Shown here one piece after another: positions 38,398-47,792 of a DNA stretch of 64,000 bases. The stretch's first letter is position 1, and each line of letters opens with the position of its first letter. Made by a program: the position numbers and the translations under genes. This stretch comes from Candidatus Obscuribacteraceae bacterium (GTDB lineage Bacteria > Cyanobacteriota > Vampirovibrionia > Obscuribacterales > Obscuribacteraceae): contig JBGAHS010000002.1 in the NCBI GenBank assembly GCA_044226015.1, positions 1 to 64,000 on the forward strand, in the 5' to 3' direction. The notes below the pieces were generated by a model that did not search any database, had not been told where the DNA came from, and saw only the letters and a list, made by a program, of their open reading frames with translations.

Positions 38398-39120
38398 ATG
38401 AATGAGCCTCGGTCTGCTGCACTCGTGACAGCCGGTGCTAAACGTATTGGCAGAGCACTGTGTCTCAGACTCGCCAGCATAGGGTTCGACATTGCATTAC
38501 ACTACAACCAATCAGAACAAGATGCAAAAAAAACCGCAGCGGAAATAGAGGCGCTGGGTCGAAAATGCACACTGTTAAAAGCAGACCTTCGCAAACGCGA
38601 AGAGGTAGCAAACATGTTTGAGCAAGCGTTCGACGCCTTCCCGCAGCTCAACGTGTTGATCAATAATGCATCTATTTGGAATTCAAAATCTCTGTTAGAG
38701 TCAAGTTATGAAGACTTCAATGAAAACTTCCAGGTTCATGTTGAAGCTCCATATTTCTTGATTCGTGACTTTGCTCGGAAAGTAAACGACGGCACTATCA
38801 TAAATATTCTAGATAGCAATGTAGTGAAATCTACAACAGCCCACTTTCCATATTTACTTAGCAAGAAAGCGCTCTACGAACTCACAATGCTCGCTGCAAC
38901 AGAACTGGCGCCCAAAATTCGCGTCAATGCGATAGCACCAGGGGCGGTACTAGTTCCTGAAGATGAGAGAAAAGACAAGTACGCAGCAAAATTTGCTGAC
39001 AATCCCCTTTCCCGCCCAGGAAGCCCCGAAGATGTGGCAGACACATTGGAGTTCCTCGTGAAAAGTAAACACATAACGGGTGAGTGCATTTTTCTTTCCG
39101 CGGGAAAACATCTGATTTAG
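38398..39120 (+). CDS. Short-chain dehydrogenase, pteridine reductase/FolM-like
   Basis: TAGAKRIG, LHYNQS, INNAS, YLLSK, RVNAIAPG. Confidence 0.85.
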   Translation: MNEPRSAALVTAGAKRIGRALCLRLASIGFDIALHYNQSEQDAKKTAAEIEALGRKCTLLKADLRKREEVANMFEQAFDAFPQLNVLINNASIWNSKSLLESSYEDFNENFQVHVEAPYFLIRDFARKVNDGTIINILDSNVVKSTTAHFPYLLSKKALYELTMLAATELAPKIRVNAIAPGAVLVPEDERKDKYAAKFADNPLSRPGSPEDVADTLEFLVKSKHITGECIFLSAGKHLI

Positions 39121-39188
39121 CGGACAACAGCGCAAGCTTCCCGCAATCTCCGATCAGCGCTCGCCGCAGCAATTGTCTTTAGTCTAGA

Positions 39189-40265
39189 TTACTTCGTCTT
39201 TTTATCTAAGCCAGAAAGCGCTTCCGAGGCTGGCGTGTAATTAGGTTTCTTTTCCAGGACTTTCTTGAGCTCAGCTTTTGCTTCATCTTTACGCTGCTGA
39301 TTCTCCAGAAACTTCGCGTATGCAGTGCGAACGCGTTCATCATCTGGACTTACCTTCAACGCAGTCTTGTACTGTTCTTCAGCACCTGAAAGGTCGTTCT
39401 TCTTCACCAGTAGTTCTGCCAATCTGACGTAAGCCGGCATAAAGATTGGATAGTCTTTGATTGCCTTTCGCTCGCAAGCTATACCTTCATCAATTTTGCC
39501 GTCTTTCTCGGCCACTGCCCAGCCATAACCGCTCATAGCGACAGGATGTCCCTTCGCTCTTGCCAACACCGATTTGAAAGGTGGAATAGCATCAGCAGCG
39601 TTCCCTGAATCTACCAAAATATTTCCCAGAGCAAGCTGCGAATCAATTTGCTCAGAGTCTTTGCTTGCAAACTGAACCGCCTGCATTGCTTCATTCAGCG
39701 CATCGCGATAGTTTCTATTCGTGGACAAAAGCAAGGCCAGTTTCATATGAGCATCACAGCCTTTGGGTTTAATTTCGATGGCTTTTTTCAATTCCGCCAT
39801 CGCCTCGTCTCCCTTACCAGACGCCATATATGCGATGCCGAGGTCGCGATGGGCACCATAACTTGTTGGTTTCAGTTCTACGGCTTCTTTTAGAATGGCG
39901 ATAGAATCGGCGCCTTTGTTTTGATTCGCGTAAATATGACCAAGAATAATGCGGGCACCGAAAGACTTAGGGTCAAGCTTAAGTGCTTGTTTTTCCTCAA
40001 GAATTGCTGTTTCGTAATCTTCCTTTTCAGCCAACGCAGCCAGAGATGCCCCTAACTGCATATGCGCTTGCGAATTATCAGGGTTTGTTCTGATGATTTC
40101 GCGCAAGAGATCTGCTGCGGCTTGCGCCTTACCACCTTGCATGAGCGCATCTGCCTTTGCCAACTGCTTGCTTGGGTCTTCCGCAGCAAAGCCACTTTGC
40201 ACCGCACCAAAGCTCAGAGTCAAAACTGTCGAGAGTCCCAGGAATCTGCCAAAGTCTTTGCGCAT
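39189..40265 (-). CDS. Secreted TPR-repeat protein
   Basis: Probable start MRKDFG; signal peptide ...QSGFA-A; multiple 34-aa TPRs. Confidence 0.88.
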   Translation of the reverse strand: MRKDFGRFLGLSTVLTLSFGAVQSGFAAEDPSKQLAKADALMQGGKAQAAADLLREIIRTNPDNSQAHMQLGASLAALAEKEDYETAILEEKQALKLDPKSFGARIILGHIYANQNKGADSIAILKEAVELKPTSYGAHRDLGIAYMASGKGDEAMAELKKAIEIKPKGCDAHMKLALLLSTNRNYRDALNEAMQAVQFASKDSEQIDSQLALGNILVDSGNAADAIPPFKSVLARAKGHPVAMSGYGWAVAEKDGKIDEGIACERKAIKDYPIFMPAYVRLAELLVKKNDLSGAEEQYKTALKVSPDDERVRTAYAKFLENQQRKDEAKAELKKVLEKKPNYTPASEALSGLDKKTK

Positions 40266-40443
40266 TCGAATTTCCGCCTCTTGTTTTCCATCCATTCTTC
40301 AGCTCTTAATCAACGCCTTGACACGCTAAATTGAGCTTGCAGTGTGCGATACTATCAGAACTTTGCACAGCAAAGACAAACTGTCTTTCATAAAGACTAA
40401 ACCCTTGCGTCCATGGCAGTTTAACGACTCAGAGCATAGAACC

Positions 40444-41532
40444 TTGGCAGAACAGATAACAAACAAAAGTGCATGCATCGCAGACAATGCAGCCCAAAAC
40501 GCAGAACTGCACGACAGCCCTTTCATGAAAGCATGCAGACGCGAAAAAACGCCATACACACCGATCTGGTTGATGCGGCAAGCTGGTCGTTACATGAAAG
40601 AATTTCGGGACATCCGAGCAAAAGTTAGCTTCCTAGAGCTTTGCAAAAATCCTGAGCTTTGTTGCGAAGTAACAGTATTTGCACAGGAATGCCTGGGTGT
40701 TGATGCGGCGATCATCTTCGCTGACATCTTGCTTCCACTTGATGCACTGGGTGTAGGACTCGATTATGTAAAAGGCGAAGGTCCCGTAATAGCAAGACCG
40801 TTTAGAAGCGAAGAAGACTTAAAAGCATTACCAGATTTGAACGCAGCAGAGTCACTCGGCTACGTAATGAAGGCAATCTCTCTAACAAGAAGTGCACTAA
40901 AAAACAACATTCCTCTTTTGGGATTTGCAGCATGCCCATTTACATTGGCTTCTTACTTGATTGAGGGCGGGAGTTCACGTAATTACGAGAATGCAAAAGC
41001 TATGATGTATAGCCGCCCGGAACTCTGGAATGCTTTGATGGACAAGCTTGTACCGCTGAGCATAGACTACTTGAATGCCCAGATCGCAGCAGGTGCGCAA
41101 GCCGTGCAACTATTCGACAGCTGGGTTGGCTGCCTGTCGCCAGCTGATTATGAACGTTACGTTTTTGCACATACGAAGCGAATGATCGAAGGCATTAATC
41201 CGAATACTCCAGTAATCCACTTTGGAACAGGCAACACAACATTGCTACCATTGATGAAGTCTGCAGGTGGCCAGGTGATCGGATTAGACTGGCGCGTAGA
41301 CCTTGCTCAAACATGGAATTCACTTGGCGACGTAGCAGTTCAAGGTAATATGGACCCCTGTGTTTTGTTTTCGGGACGCGACTTCATTAAGTCAGAACTC
41401 AACAAGTTAATGAGCAGTGTTCAAGGCCGAAACGGTCATATATTCAACCTCGGGCACGGGGTTTTGCCGGGCACACCGGTTGACAATGTTAAACACCTAG
41501 TGGATCTTGTTCACGGAATCAAGGAAAATTAA
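40444..41532 (+). CDS. hemE: Uroporphyrinogen decarboxylase (start uncertain; track start 40342)
   Basis: PIWLMRQAGRY, DAAIIFADIL, QLFDSW, QGNMDP, HIFNLGHG. Confidence 0.97.
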   Translation: MAEQITNKSACIADNAAQNAELHDSPFMKACRREKTPYTPIWLMRQAGRYMKEFRDIRAKVSFLELCKNPELCCEVTVFAQECLGVDAAIIFADILLPLDALGVGLDYVKGEGPVIARPFRSEEDLKALPDLNAAESLGYVMKAISLTRSALKNNIPLLGFAACPFTLASYLIEGGSSRNYENAKAMMYSRPELWNALMDKLVPLSIDYLNAQIAAGAQAVQLFDSWVGCLSPADYERYVFAHTKRMIEGINPNTPVIHFGTGNTTLLPLMKSAGGQVIGLDWRVDLAQTWNSLGDVAVQGNMDPCVLFSGRDFIKSELNKLMSSVQGRNGHIFNLGHGVLPGTPVDNVKHLVDLVHGIKEN

Positions 41533-41595
41533 GTAATTGCGCGAAGCTGGTAAATTTGAAGGGTATAGATCAGAGGGTGAAAGCGGGAGTATACG

Positions 41596-43080
41596 TTGGT
41601 ATTCGGCGGCGGTCTGTCAATCAAAATGATGACTAAAGAGGAGTCTGGGGCGGACCCTCTCAGAATTACAATTATCGGTTCCGGAATGGCTGGGCTTGCT
41701 GCAGCTTACAGACTGACACGACCTGGTGTTCTCGGCAATCGCACACCACAAGTTATTTTGCTCGAACGAATTTCGCGAGCAGGCGGAGCAATCAGCACCT
41801 ACGAACTTGAGGACTATACGCTCGAGTTAGGTCCCGACATGTTTCAGACAGAGAAGCCTGAAGCTATTAATCTCTGCGAAGAACTCGGACTGGCTGACGA
41901 AATCGTTTCTACCAATGAGAAAAACAGACGAACATTCATTGCGCATGGCGGACAACTGCACGCGTTGCCACCAGGCTTTCAACTTCTGGCACCAAGCCAG
42001 ATGGCACCGTTTTTCTCGACAAATTTGCTAAGCATGGCTGGCAAAATGCGCATGGCTATGGATCTTTTCATAGCTAAGAAAACGGACAATGAAGATGAGA
42101 GTCTAGCTCAGTTTGTGCGCCGCCGCTTTGGACAGGAAGCTCTTGAACGAATTGCACAGCCGATGGTGGGTGGAATTTACACCGCTGACCCAGAAAAGCT
42201 CAGCTTGAAGGCAACGATGCCTCGCTTCATCGACCTTGAGCAAAAGCACGGAAGTGTAATTCGCGGACTCATGTCTGAAAAGAAAAGCGGAGATTCATCA
42301 GAAGCAGCTGGTTGCAGATATGGTTCGTTTGTGAGCCTGCGACGCGGATTAGGCATGCTTGTCGAACGACTTGTTGCAGCTCTGCCACCAGACTGCATCC
42401 ACTACCAAAACCCTGTTGTCGCAATCGAGAAAGGAACCAACGGAAAAGCGTTTGATGTTGTGGTGGCCAGCGGAACTGTAGTTCCGAGCGACGTAGTAAT
42501 TATGTCTAGCCCTTCATTTGCTAGTGCTGAGATGATAACGACTCTGGATAATGACTCAGCAATTGACTTGAGAAAAATTCAGTACGCATCGTCTGCAGTG
42601 ATGAACTTGATTTACAATCGCGCAGACATTCCACATCCACTTGACGGTTTCGGCTTTGTCGTTCCGGCAATAGAAAAGCGCACCATTATGGCGTGCAGTT
42701 TTGCAAGCGTAAAATTTCCAGGTCGCTGCCCTCCAGAGAAAGCCATTCTGCGCATTTTCGTTGGTGGCGCACTTCAACCAGACGTGTACGATCTAACTGA
42801 TGAGCAAATTGAATGCTGCATGTGGGAAGATTTGCACACGTATTTAGGACTGAAATCAATTCCACTTCTTTCGCTAATAACAAGATATCCACGCTCAATG
42901 CCGCAATATCATGTTGGACACACGGCACTGGTTGCAGGCGTTCGAAACAGATTGAAAGCACTCCCCGGACTCTATCTAGCTGGCAATGCATATGATGGGG
43001 TTGGAATTCCAGATTGCATTCGCTCTGGAGAACATGCAGCAAAGCAAGCAGTTGAACTGCTTAGCGGAACGACTGTCTGA
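41596..43080 (+). CDS. hemY: HemY-type FAD-dependent proto/coproporphyrinogen oxidase
   Basis: IIGSGMAGLAAAY, ELGPD, GFGFVVP, MPQYHVGH, GVGIPDCI. Confidence 0.93.
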   Translation: MVFGGGLSIKMMTKEESGADPLRITIIGSGMAGLAAAYRLTRPGVLGNRTPQVILLERISRAGGAISTYELEDYTLELGPDMFQTEKPEAINLCEELGLADEIVSTNEKNRRTFIAHGGQLHALPPGFQLLAPSQMAPFFSTNLLSMAGKMRMAMDLFIAKKTDNEDESLAQFVRRRFGQEALERIAQPMVGGIYTADPEKLSLKATMPRFIDLEQKHGSVIRGLMSEKKSGDSSEAAGCRYGSFVSLRRGLGMLVERLVAALPPDCIHYQNPVVAIEKGTNGKAFDVVVASGTVVPSDVVIMSSPSFASAEMITTLDNDSAIDLRKIQYASSAVMNLIYNRADIPHPLDGFGFVVPAIEKRTIMACSFASVKFPGRCPPEKAILRIFVGGALQPDVYDLTDEQIECCMWEDLHTYLGLKSIPLLSLITRYPRSMPQYHVGHTALVAGVRNRLKALPGLYLAGNAYDGVGIPDCIRSGEHAAKQAVELLSGTTV

Positions 43081-43248
43081 GTCACTTATCAAACAGGCTC
43101 CTGACGATTCCAGCGCGCAAAAGCAGATAGACAATCCGAGCGAATGTCGAGATCCACGCCGCCAGGATAGCGGAGCTTGCAAGGGCACCAAGGTGGATTC
43201 ACTTTAATGATCCACTGATCTAGAGCCCCAGATCCAGCGGCAGCTGAA

Positions 43249-46200
43249 CTAAGTGTTCCAGAAGCCTCGGAAAAGGGTTTGCCAATTCTTGCGGAAATCA
43301 TTTCGTGCCATTTCCATCGCTTTTTTCGGAGGAATAGTACTCGGCGACCGGCTGCGATCTCCAGCTCGATTCAATCGAACTCTATAAGAAACATCTGGAA
43401 AAATTTGATATTCAGAAACTCCGACCCATTCGCCACCAGCATATATTTGTAGAGACAAACACAAACCTCTTGTGTCGCCATCTAGCATTTCGGACTCAAC
43501 GATATAAGCAATATCATCGAGCTTCTCAGGTTCTTCCTTTGGTGTCCAAATCGGATCACTCTCTTCAAAACCGATTTTGACCTCGGCGAGATCAGCCTTC
43601 GGAAGCAGATTTTGCTGATGTGAAACTGACTCTATCTTCTCTCCATACGCAGCCGGAACAGGCTCAGACCCTTGTGGTGCTTGTTCGTCTGGACTGAAAT
43701 TCATAGCGGGCTCATCGTTTAGCTCTAGACTTACGTCTTGCAAGTCGACAGCTTCCATTTTCGCAATAGGGTCGAGCTCGATATTTTCGCCACGCAAAAA
43801 ACCATCAGGGTTCTTTTCATAGGCAGCAATCGTCTGGGCGTTCGGCAGCTGAATCTGGTCGCCTCGCTTCAGCTGTGCCAGCGGATTACCTTTCGCATCA
43901 GTATCTAGCGGCAAATCATTTACGTAAGCAAGCAAGCGCCAGTGAGAAGGCTTGTTGTACAGTTTCTGCGCGATACTGCGCAGACCTTCGCCCAACTTAA
44001 CAGCATGCATCGATGCTTTTTCTGAAGCGGCACCACCCATAGCGGCACGAACATTTGCCTTACGCTCATCGTCAGAGGCACTCTTGCTAGAAAACGACCT
44101 GGTCTTCACAGGTCCCTCATCCTTCGCTTCACGATCATTGCCGATGAATTTGCGCATGGCAGTCATTCCTGCTTCCCATGCCTTGAGTTCATCTTCAGCA
44201 GAACCGTATGGAATTTTTCCAAAATTTATATGACCATATGAGCGCGTTGAACGCTTAAATTCATCGATAAACTTCTGGTTTGGAATAGTTATTTTCTGAC
44301 CAGGAAATAGCTTGGCATACTTCTTACCCTGGTAATCATGCAGCATGATCTGTCCACTGCTCTCATTTCTTGCATAAATGATTTGGGCAGTTCTACCAGA
44401 AAATTTGCCAGCAATTGAGTCGAGTGTGTCGCCTTCAGAAACAGTGTAGCTGAACTCTGCATCCTGATACTTTTTAGACTCTTCTTCCTTCCGCTTCTTC
44501 TCTTCTTCTTCCAGCTTTCTGAGACGATCTTTCTCCTTCTCCTCTTCGAGGCGTTCATCTTTCTCTTTTTGTTCTCTGTCTTGCTTTTCCTTGAGCTGTT
44601 GTGTCAACAGTTGCTCTTGTTGTAGCCTGAGCTCATCTTCTTTCTTTCTTCGACCTTCTTCTTCAAGCGACTGCGCAATGGGCTTTCCGTCAGGGGCTTT
44701 AAGATCACTTTGATTGCTTGACTGCAACTCTGCTTTGACCGTAGTCTCCACAACATTCTGACGTACATTCAAAGCCGGTTCATTTCTATCAGCTGGTCTT
44801 TCAGTCAATGCTCGAGTAATTTCGCCCCTGCTGAGCGCGTCTTTCACAACTTCAGAGAAGCGCCCCTTACCTTCGGTTAACTGCTGTATAAGTTCTCGAC
44901 CGCCAAGTTCTTTACCAGCTTCACGATTCGCGCCATCTTTGGCTTGAGAAAGCTGCACACCATCCTTAGTGGCAACATTTTCTTTGAGCATGCCTGCATC
45001 TTTATTTAGATTCATACCCAACTGTTCGCCAGGACGTCCGTCAAGACGTGCGGTCAAACCACGCTCACTCAGCGTGCTTAGGAAGTCTTTGTTTTGCATT
45101 CTCAGAGCCAGCTCTGCTCCAAGTGTGCCAAGTTCTTTAGGGCTCAAGCGGAATTCAGCGGCGCCCTTTTCTCCGAGAGAACGATTGAGAATACTCATCA
45201 GCTCTCTGCCGGGTTCTCGCCCTCCAGCTAGCTGCGTTTCTTTTAGACCTTTTAGAAGATCTTGCAAAATAAATTTGCTTTGCTCTCCAGTCGGAATCTT
45301 ATCTACATACCTGCCCTTCTCGCCAAGTAGATCTAGAACTCGACCAGACACACGGTCACTAGTTTGCAAAAGCTCAAATGCGTTTGATAGGCGTTGTTGA
45401 GTTTTGATATCTAAAGACTTGACATCGAGAGGAAAGCGCCCGCCATCCTGAGACCAACTCTTAAGCGCGCTTAACTGCTCTGGTTTGAGTCCCTTAAAGA
45501 GATCAGCAAGTGCAGCATCCTTCCCAGCTAGCTGCTTTCCTTCCTGAAACTTTGCGATGAGGTCAGCAAACTGCTGTCTCATCTCAGGTGAGCGCCCCAT
45601 GCCCTGCAGCTGTGCAATTAGCTTACCATCGACTTGCATAGATGCCGCTTCAGTTCTAACAGCAGCAGCCTTGTCTCGCATTTCGCCCTGAATAAAATCC
45701 TGCTTGCCAGCAGGATTTCGCCCTGCCGCATCTAAGATTCCCGCATCTTTGCCACCGTCACGAGGCTGGTGCGGACCTCCATCGCTGTGGTCCCCTCGTC
45801 CTTCAGGTCTAACACTCGAGCCGGGATTCTTAGGTGAGCCATCCGCGTTGTAGGCTACCTCGCCCCGCAAAGTGCCGGGCCCGCGCCCTGCATCATTGCT
45901 GGCATCAGGTCTACCAGGATGCGGATTGTATGGTCTCTCTCCCTGCGGCACCGAAAAATCATTTGCGGTTATTGGCTTAGAGGCTAAATCTGGACGAGCT
46001 TGATTCGGTTGAATTTGATTTCCATCGTTGTTACGAGGAATGCCATCATGCGGTCTACCATCGTGAGGACGCGGGTTGCCGTCCCCAGGCGTGCCATCTG
46101 CTCGCGGCACACGAGGCGCTATGCCACCAGGGGTAGCATCAGCTGTGGCGTGTTGATTGTGCGGAGCTTCCGCAGTAACCTGAGTAGCAGCAGCATCGTT

Positions 46201-46878
46201 ATGTGCTGCATTAGCCACACTAGCATCTTTCATCGCAATGGTATTTAGAGCCGCAGGACGTTCACCCTGCACGGGAGCATCTGGCTTAGCAACGGCAGGA
46301 CGATTCTCCAGAACTGGCGTTACTGTGCTACTGGTGTTTACCAATCCGCCTCGTTCCGAACCTCCCCTATCGACGGGCACCGGACGCGCACGTTCAGTTA
46401 GACTTTCAGACCCTCCAGGAGGAGCGGTGAGATTAGTGTTTCTTGGAGCAATACTTTCAACAACGTTGCCATTTTCGACTTTATTAAGGCTGGAAATTTT
46501 TCCGTCCTTATACTCAACGTTGTAGCTCGAAAAAGTTCCGCTTTTGTCAGCGATGAATGCAGTGGTCTGTCCTTCATGCGAACTAAGATAGCCCGAGTAT
46601 TGTTTTCCCGAACTATCCTGAAACTTCAAAGCCTGACCATAGCCCTGTGATTCAGTAGATTGTTTGTAGGAAAGTAATGCAGTGTTGCGATCAGAGAACG
46701 ATGACGGCGGCGCATCATTGGCTTTCTGGGAAAGTTCGATAGGACTGATTTGCTTGGCTTCGGATGGCTGAGCAGCCTGGTCATTCAGCGGCTTGCCGTC
46801 CAAACCCACGCGAGCCCGGCCCATATCATCGACTTTTGGTTCCTGATCTGGTCTAACTTTACTGGGATCCCCTTCCAT
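43249..46878 (-). CDS. Large LysM-domain protein (disordered N-terminus, helical middle, ER/K linker, two LysM-like domains)
   Basis: YTVSEGDTLDSIA...LFPGQKITIP and HAVKLGEGLRSIAQKLY...LKRGDQIQLP; no signal peptide. Confidence 0.82.
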   Translation of the reverse strand: MEGDPSKVRPDQEPKVDDMGRARVGLDGKPLNDQAAQPSEAKQISPIELSQKANDAPPSSFSDRNTALLSYKQSTESQGYGQALKFQDSSGKQYSGYLSSHEGQTTAFIADKSGTFSSYNVEYKDGKISSLNKVENGNVVESIAPRNTNLTAPPGGSESLTERARPVPVDRGGSERGGLVNTSSTVTPVLENRPAVAKPDAPVQGERPAALNTIAMKDASVANAAHNDAAATQVTAEAPHNQHATADATPGGIAPRVPRADGTPGDGNPRPHDGRPHDGIPRNNDGNQIQPNQARPDLASKPITANDFSVPQGERPYNPHPGRPDASNDAGRGPGTLRGEVAYNADGSPKNPGSSVRPEGRGDHSDGGPHQPRDGGKDAGILDAAGRNPAGKQDFIQGEMRDKAAAVRTEAASMQVDGKLIAQLQGMGRSPEMRQQFADLIAKFQEGKQLAGKDAALADLFKGLKPEQLSALKSWSQDGGRFPLDVKSLDIKTQQRLSNAFELLQTSDRVSGRVLDLLGEKGRYVDKIPTGEQSKFILQDLLKGLKETQLAGGREPGRELMSILNRSLGEKGAAEFRLSPKELGTLGAELALRMQNKDFLSTLSERGLTARLDGRPGEQLGMNLNKDAGMLKENVATKDGVQLSQAKDGANREAGKELGGRELIQQLTEGKGRFSEVVKDALSRGEITRALTERPADRNEPALNVRQNVVETTVKAELQSSNQSDLKAPDGKPIAQSLEEEGRRKKEDELRLQQEQLLTQQLKEKQDREQKEKDERLEEEKEKDRLRKLEEEEKKRKEEESKKYQDAEFSYTVSEGDTLDSIAGKFSGRTAQIIYARNESSGQIMLHDYQGKKYAKLFPGQKITIPNQKFIDEFKRSTRSYGHINFGKIPYGSAEDELKAWEAGMTAMRKFIGNDREAKDEGPVKTRSFSSKSASDDERKANVRAAMGGAASEKASMHAVKLGEGLRSIAQKLYNKPSHWRLLAYVNDLPLDTDAKGNPLAQLKRGDQIQLPNAQTIAAYEKNPDGFLRGENIELDPIAKMEAVDLQDVSLELNDEPAMNFSPDEQAPQGSEPVPAAYGEKIESVSHQQNLLPKADLAEVKIGFEESDPIWTPKEEPEKLDDIAYIVESEMLDGDTRGLCLSLQIYAGGEWVGVSEYQIFPDVSYRVRLNRAGDRSRSPSTIPPKKAMEMARNDFRKNWQTLFRGFWNT

Positions 46879-47178
46879 GGTCGGCGCCTCGTGACGTGCT
46901 CTATCCTATAACTCAGTTCTAAAATACTAGCCAAACAATCAATTTACGAGGGCTTTGCCCTTAAACAGCCTACAAAGTGGCAAAATTAACAGACAGCTAG
47001 CGGCATTGAAATCTAAAACAGCATTATTACCTTGTCATTCCCCTAATGCACCCGTTTTTTCACCCTCCAGGGATTTCACAATGGAATTAATCATCTAATT
47101 TCAAGCTATAGAAAGTTGACCCTTCTGTACGCATATGCTAAGACCTTATTACGTTTCGAAGCAAAGAAAGTAGCGCCC

Positions 47179-47745
47179 ATGACCGTTCAAAATTCCAGCT
47201 CTGATGATGAAGAACTCGAAGACGAAGTCGATGATGACGACGACGACGAGGAAGATGAGCTTGTCAGACATTCTGGCAAACGCCAAATTCAGAAGTATTC
47301 GGTAAAAAATGGACACCTATTTCTTGAGATAGACGGTGGACTCCCAGTAATAGACTTGCGGGCAGACGGAACAATCGTAGCTCAAGCCAATGAAACCGAA
47401 AACATTGGCGAAATCGAAGAGATTCGCGAAGGCGTTGACAGGCTCGGGCGACGCCTCAGTCATTCAGGAGCGGCGCTTCGCGTATCCAATGCTAAATACA
47501 AGGGACATCAGCTTTATGAGATGTACAGGCGAGACCCCGAAACGGGCGGGCGCTTTGCTGCGTGGTTTGATGAAAGCGGACAGGCACAATTTCTCTATTT
47601 CAATGACGTTTTGCTTATGGTAAAGCAAGTGGAAGCGGTTCTGATGAAACTTGCTCACCTGGCAAATCCAGATCTCTCAACTTTCGAGGAACTTGCTTCC
47701 CGTCCCGCCCACGAAGAAGAAGCATGGATTAGAGCTAATAGTTGA
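47179..47745 (+). CDS. Hypothetical protein with an N-terminal poly-Asp/Glu tract
   Basis: Probable start MTVQNSS; DDEELEDEVDDDDDDEEDE followed by globular-looking sequence. Confidence 0.7.
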   Translation: MTVQNSSSDDEELEDEVDDDDDDEEDELVRHSGKRQIQKYSVKNGHLFLEIDGGLPVIDLRADGTIVAQANETENIGEIEEIREGVDRLGRRLSHSGAALRVSNAKYKGHQLYEMYRRDPETGGRFAAWFDESGQAQFLYFNDVLLMVKQVEAVLMKLAHLANPDLSTFEELASRPAHEEEAWIRANS

Positions 47746-47792
47746 AGAGGTAGATGAGTTTGAAGAGTCGAAACCGCAAACAAACAAATTGA

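Noticed and set aside
40444..43080. hemE-hemY pair as a novel heme pathway
   Set aside because: A common arrangement; proto- versus copro-porphyrinogen specificity cannot be judged without hemH/hemQ context.
43085..43248. Intergenic hairpin GTGGATTCA...TGATCCAC as an ncRNA
   Set aside because: A single imperfect stem between convergent genes, with no further support.
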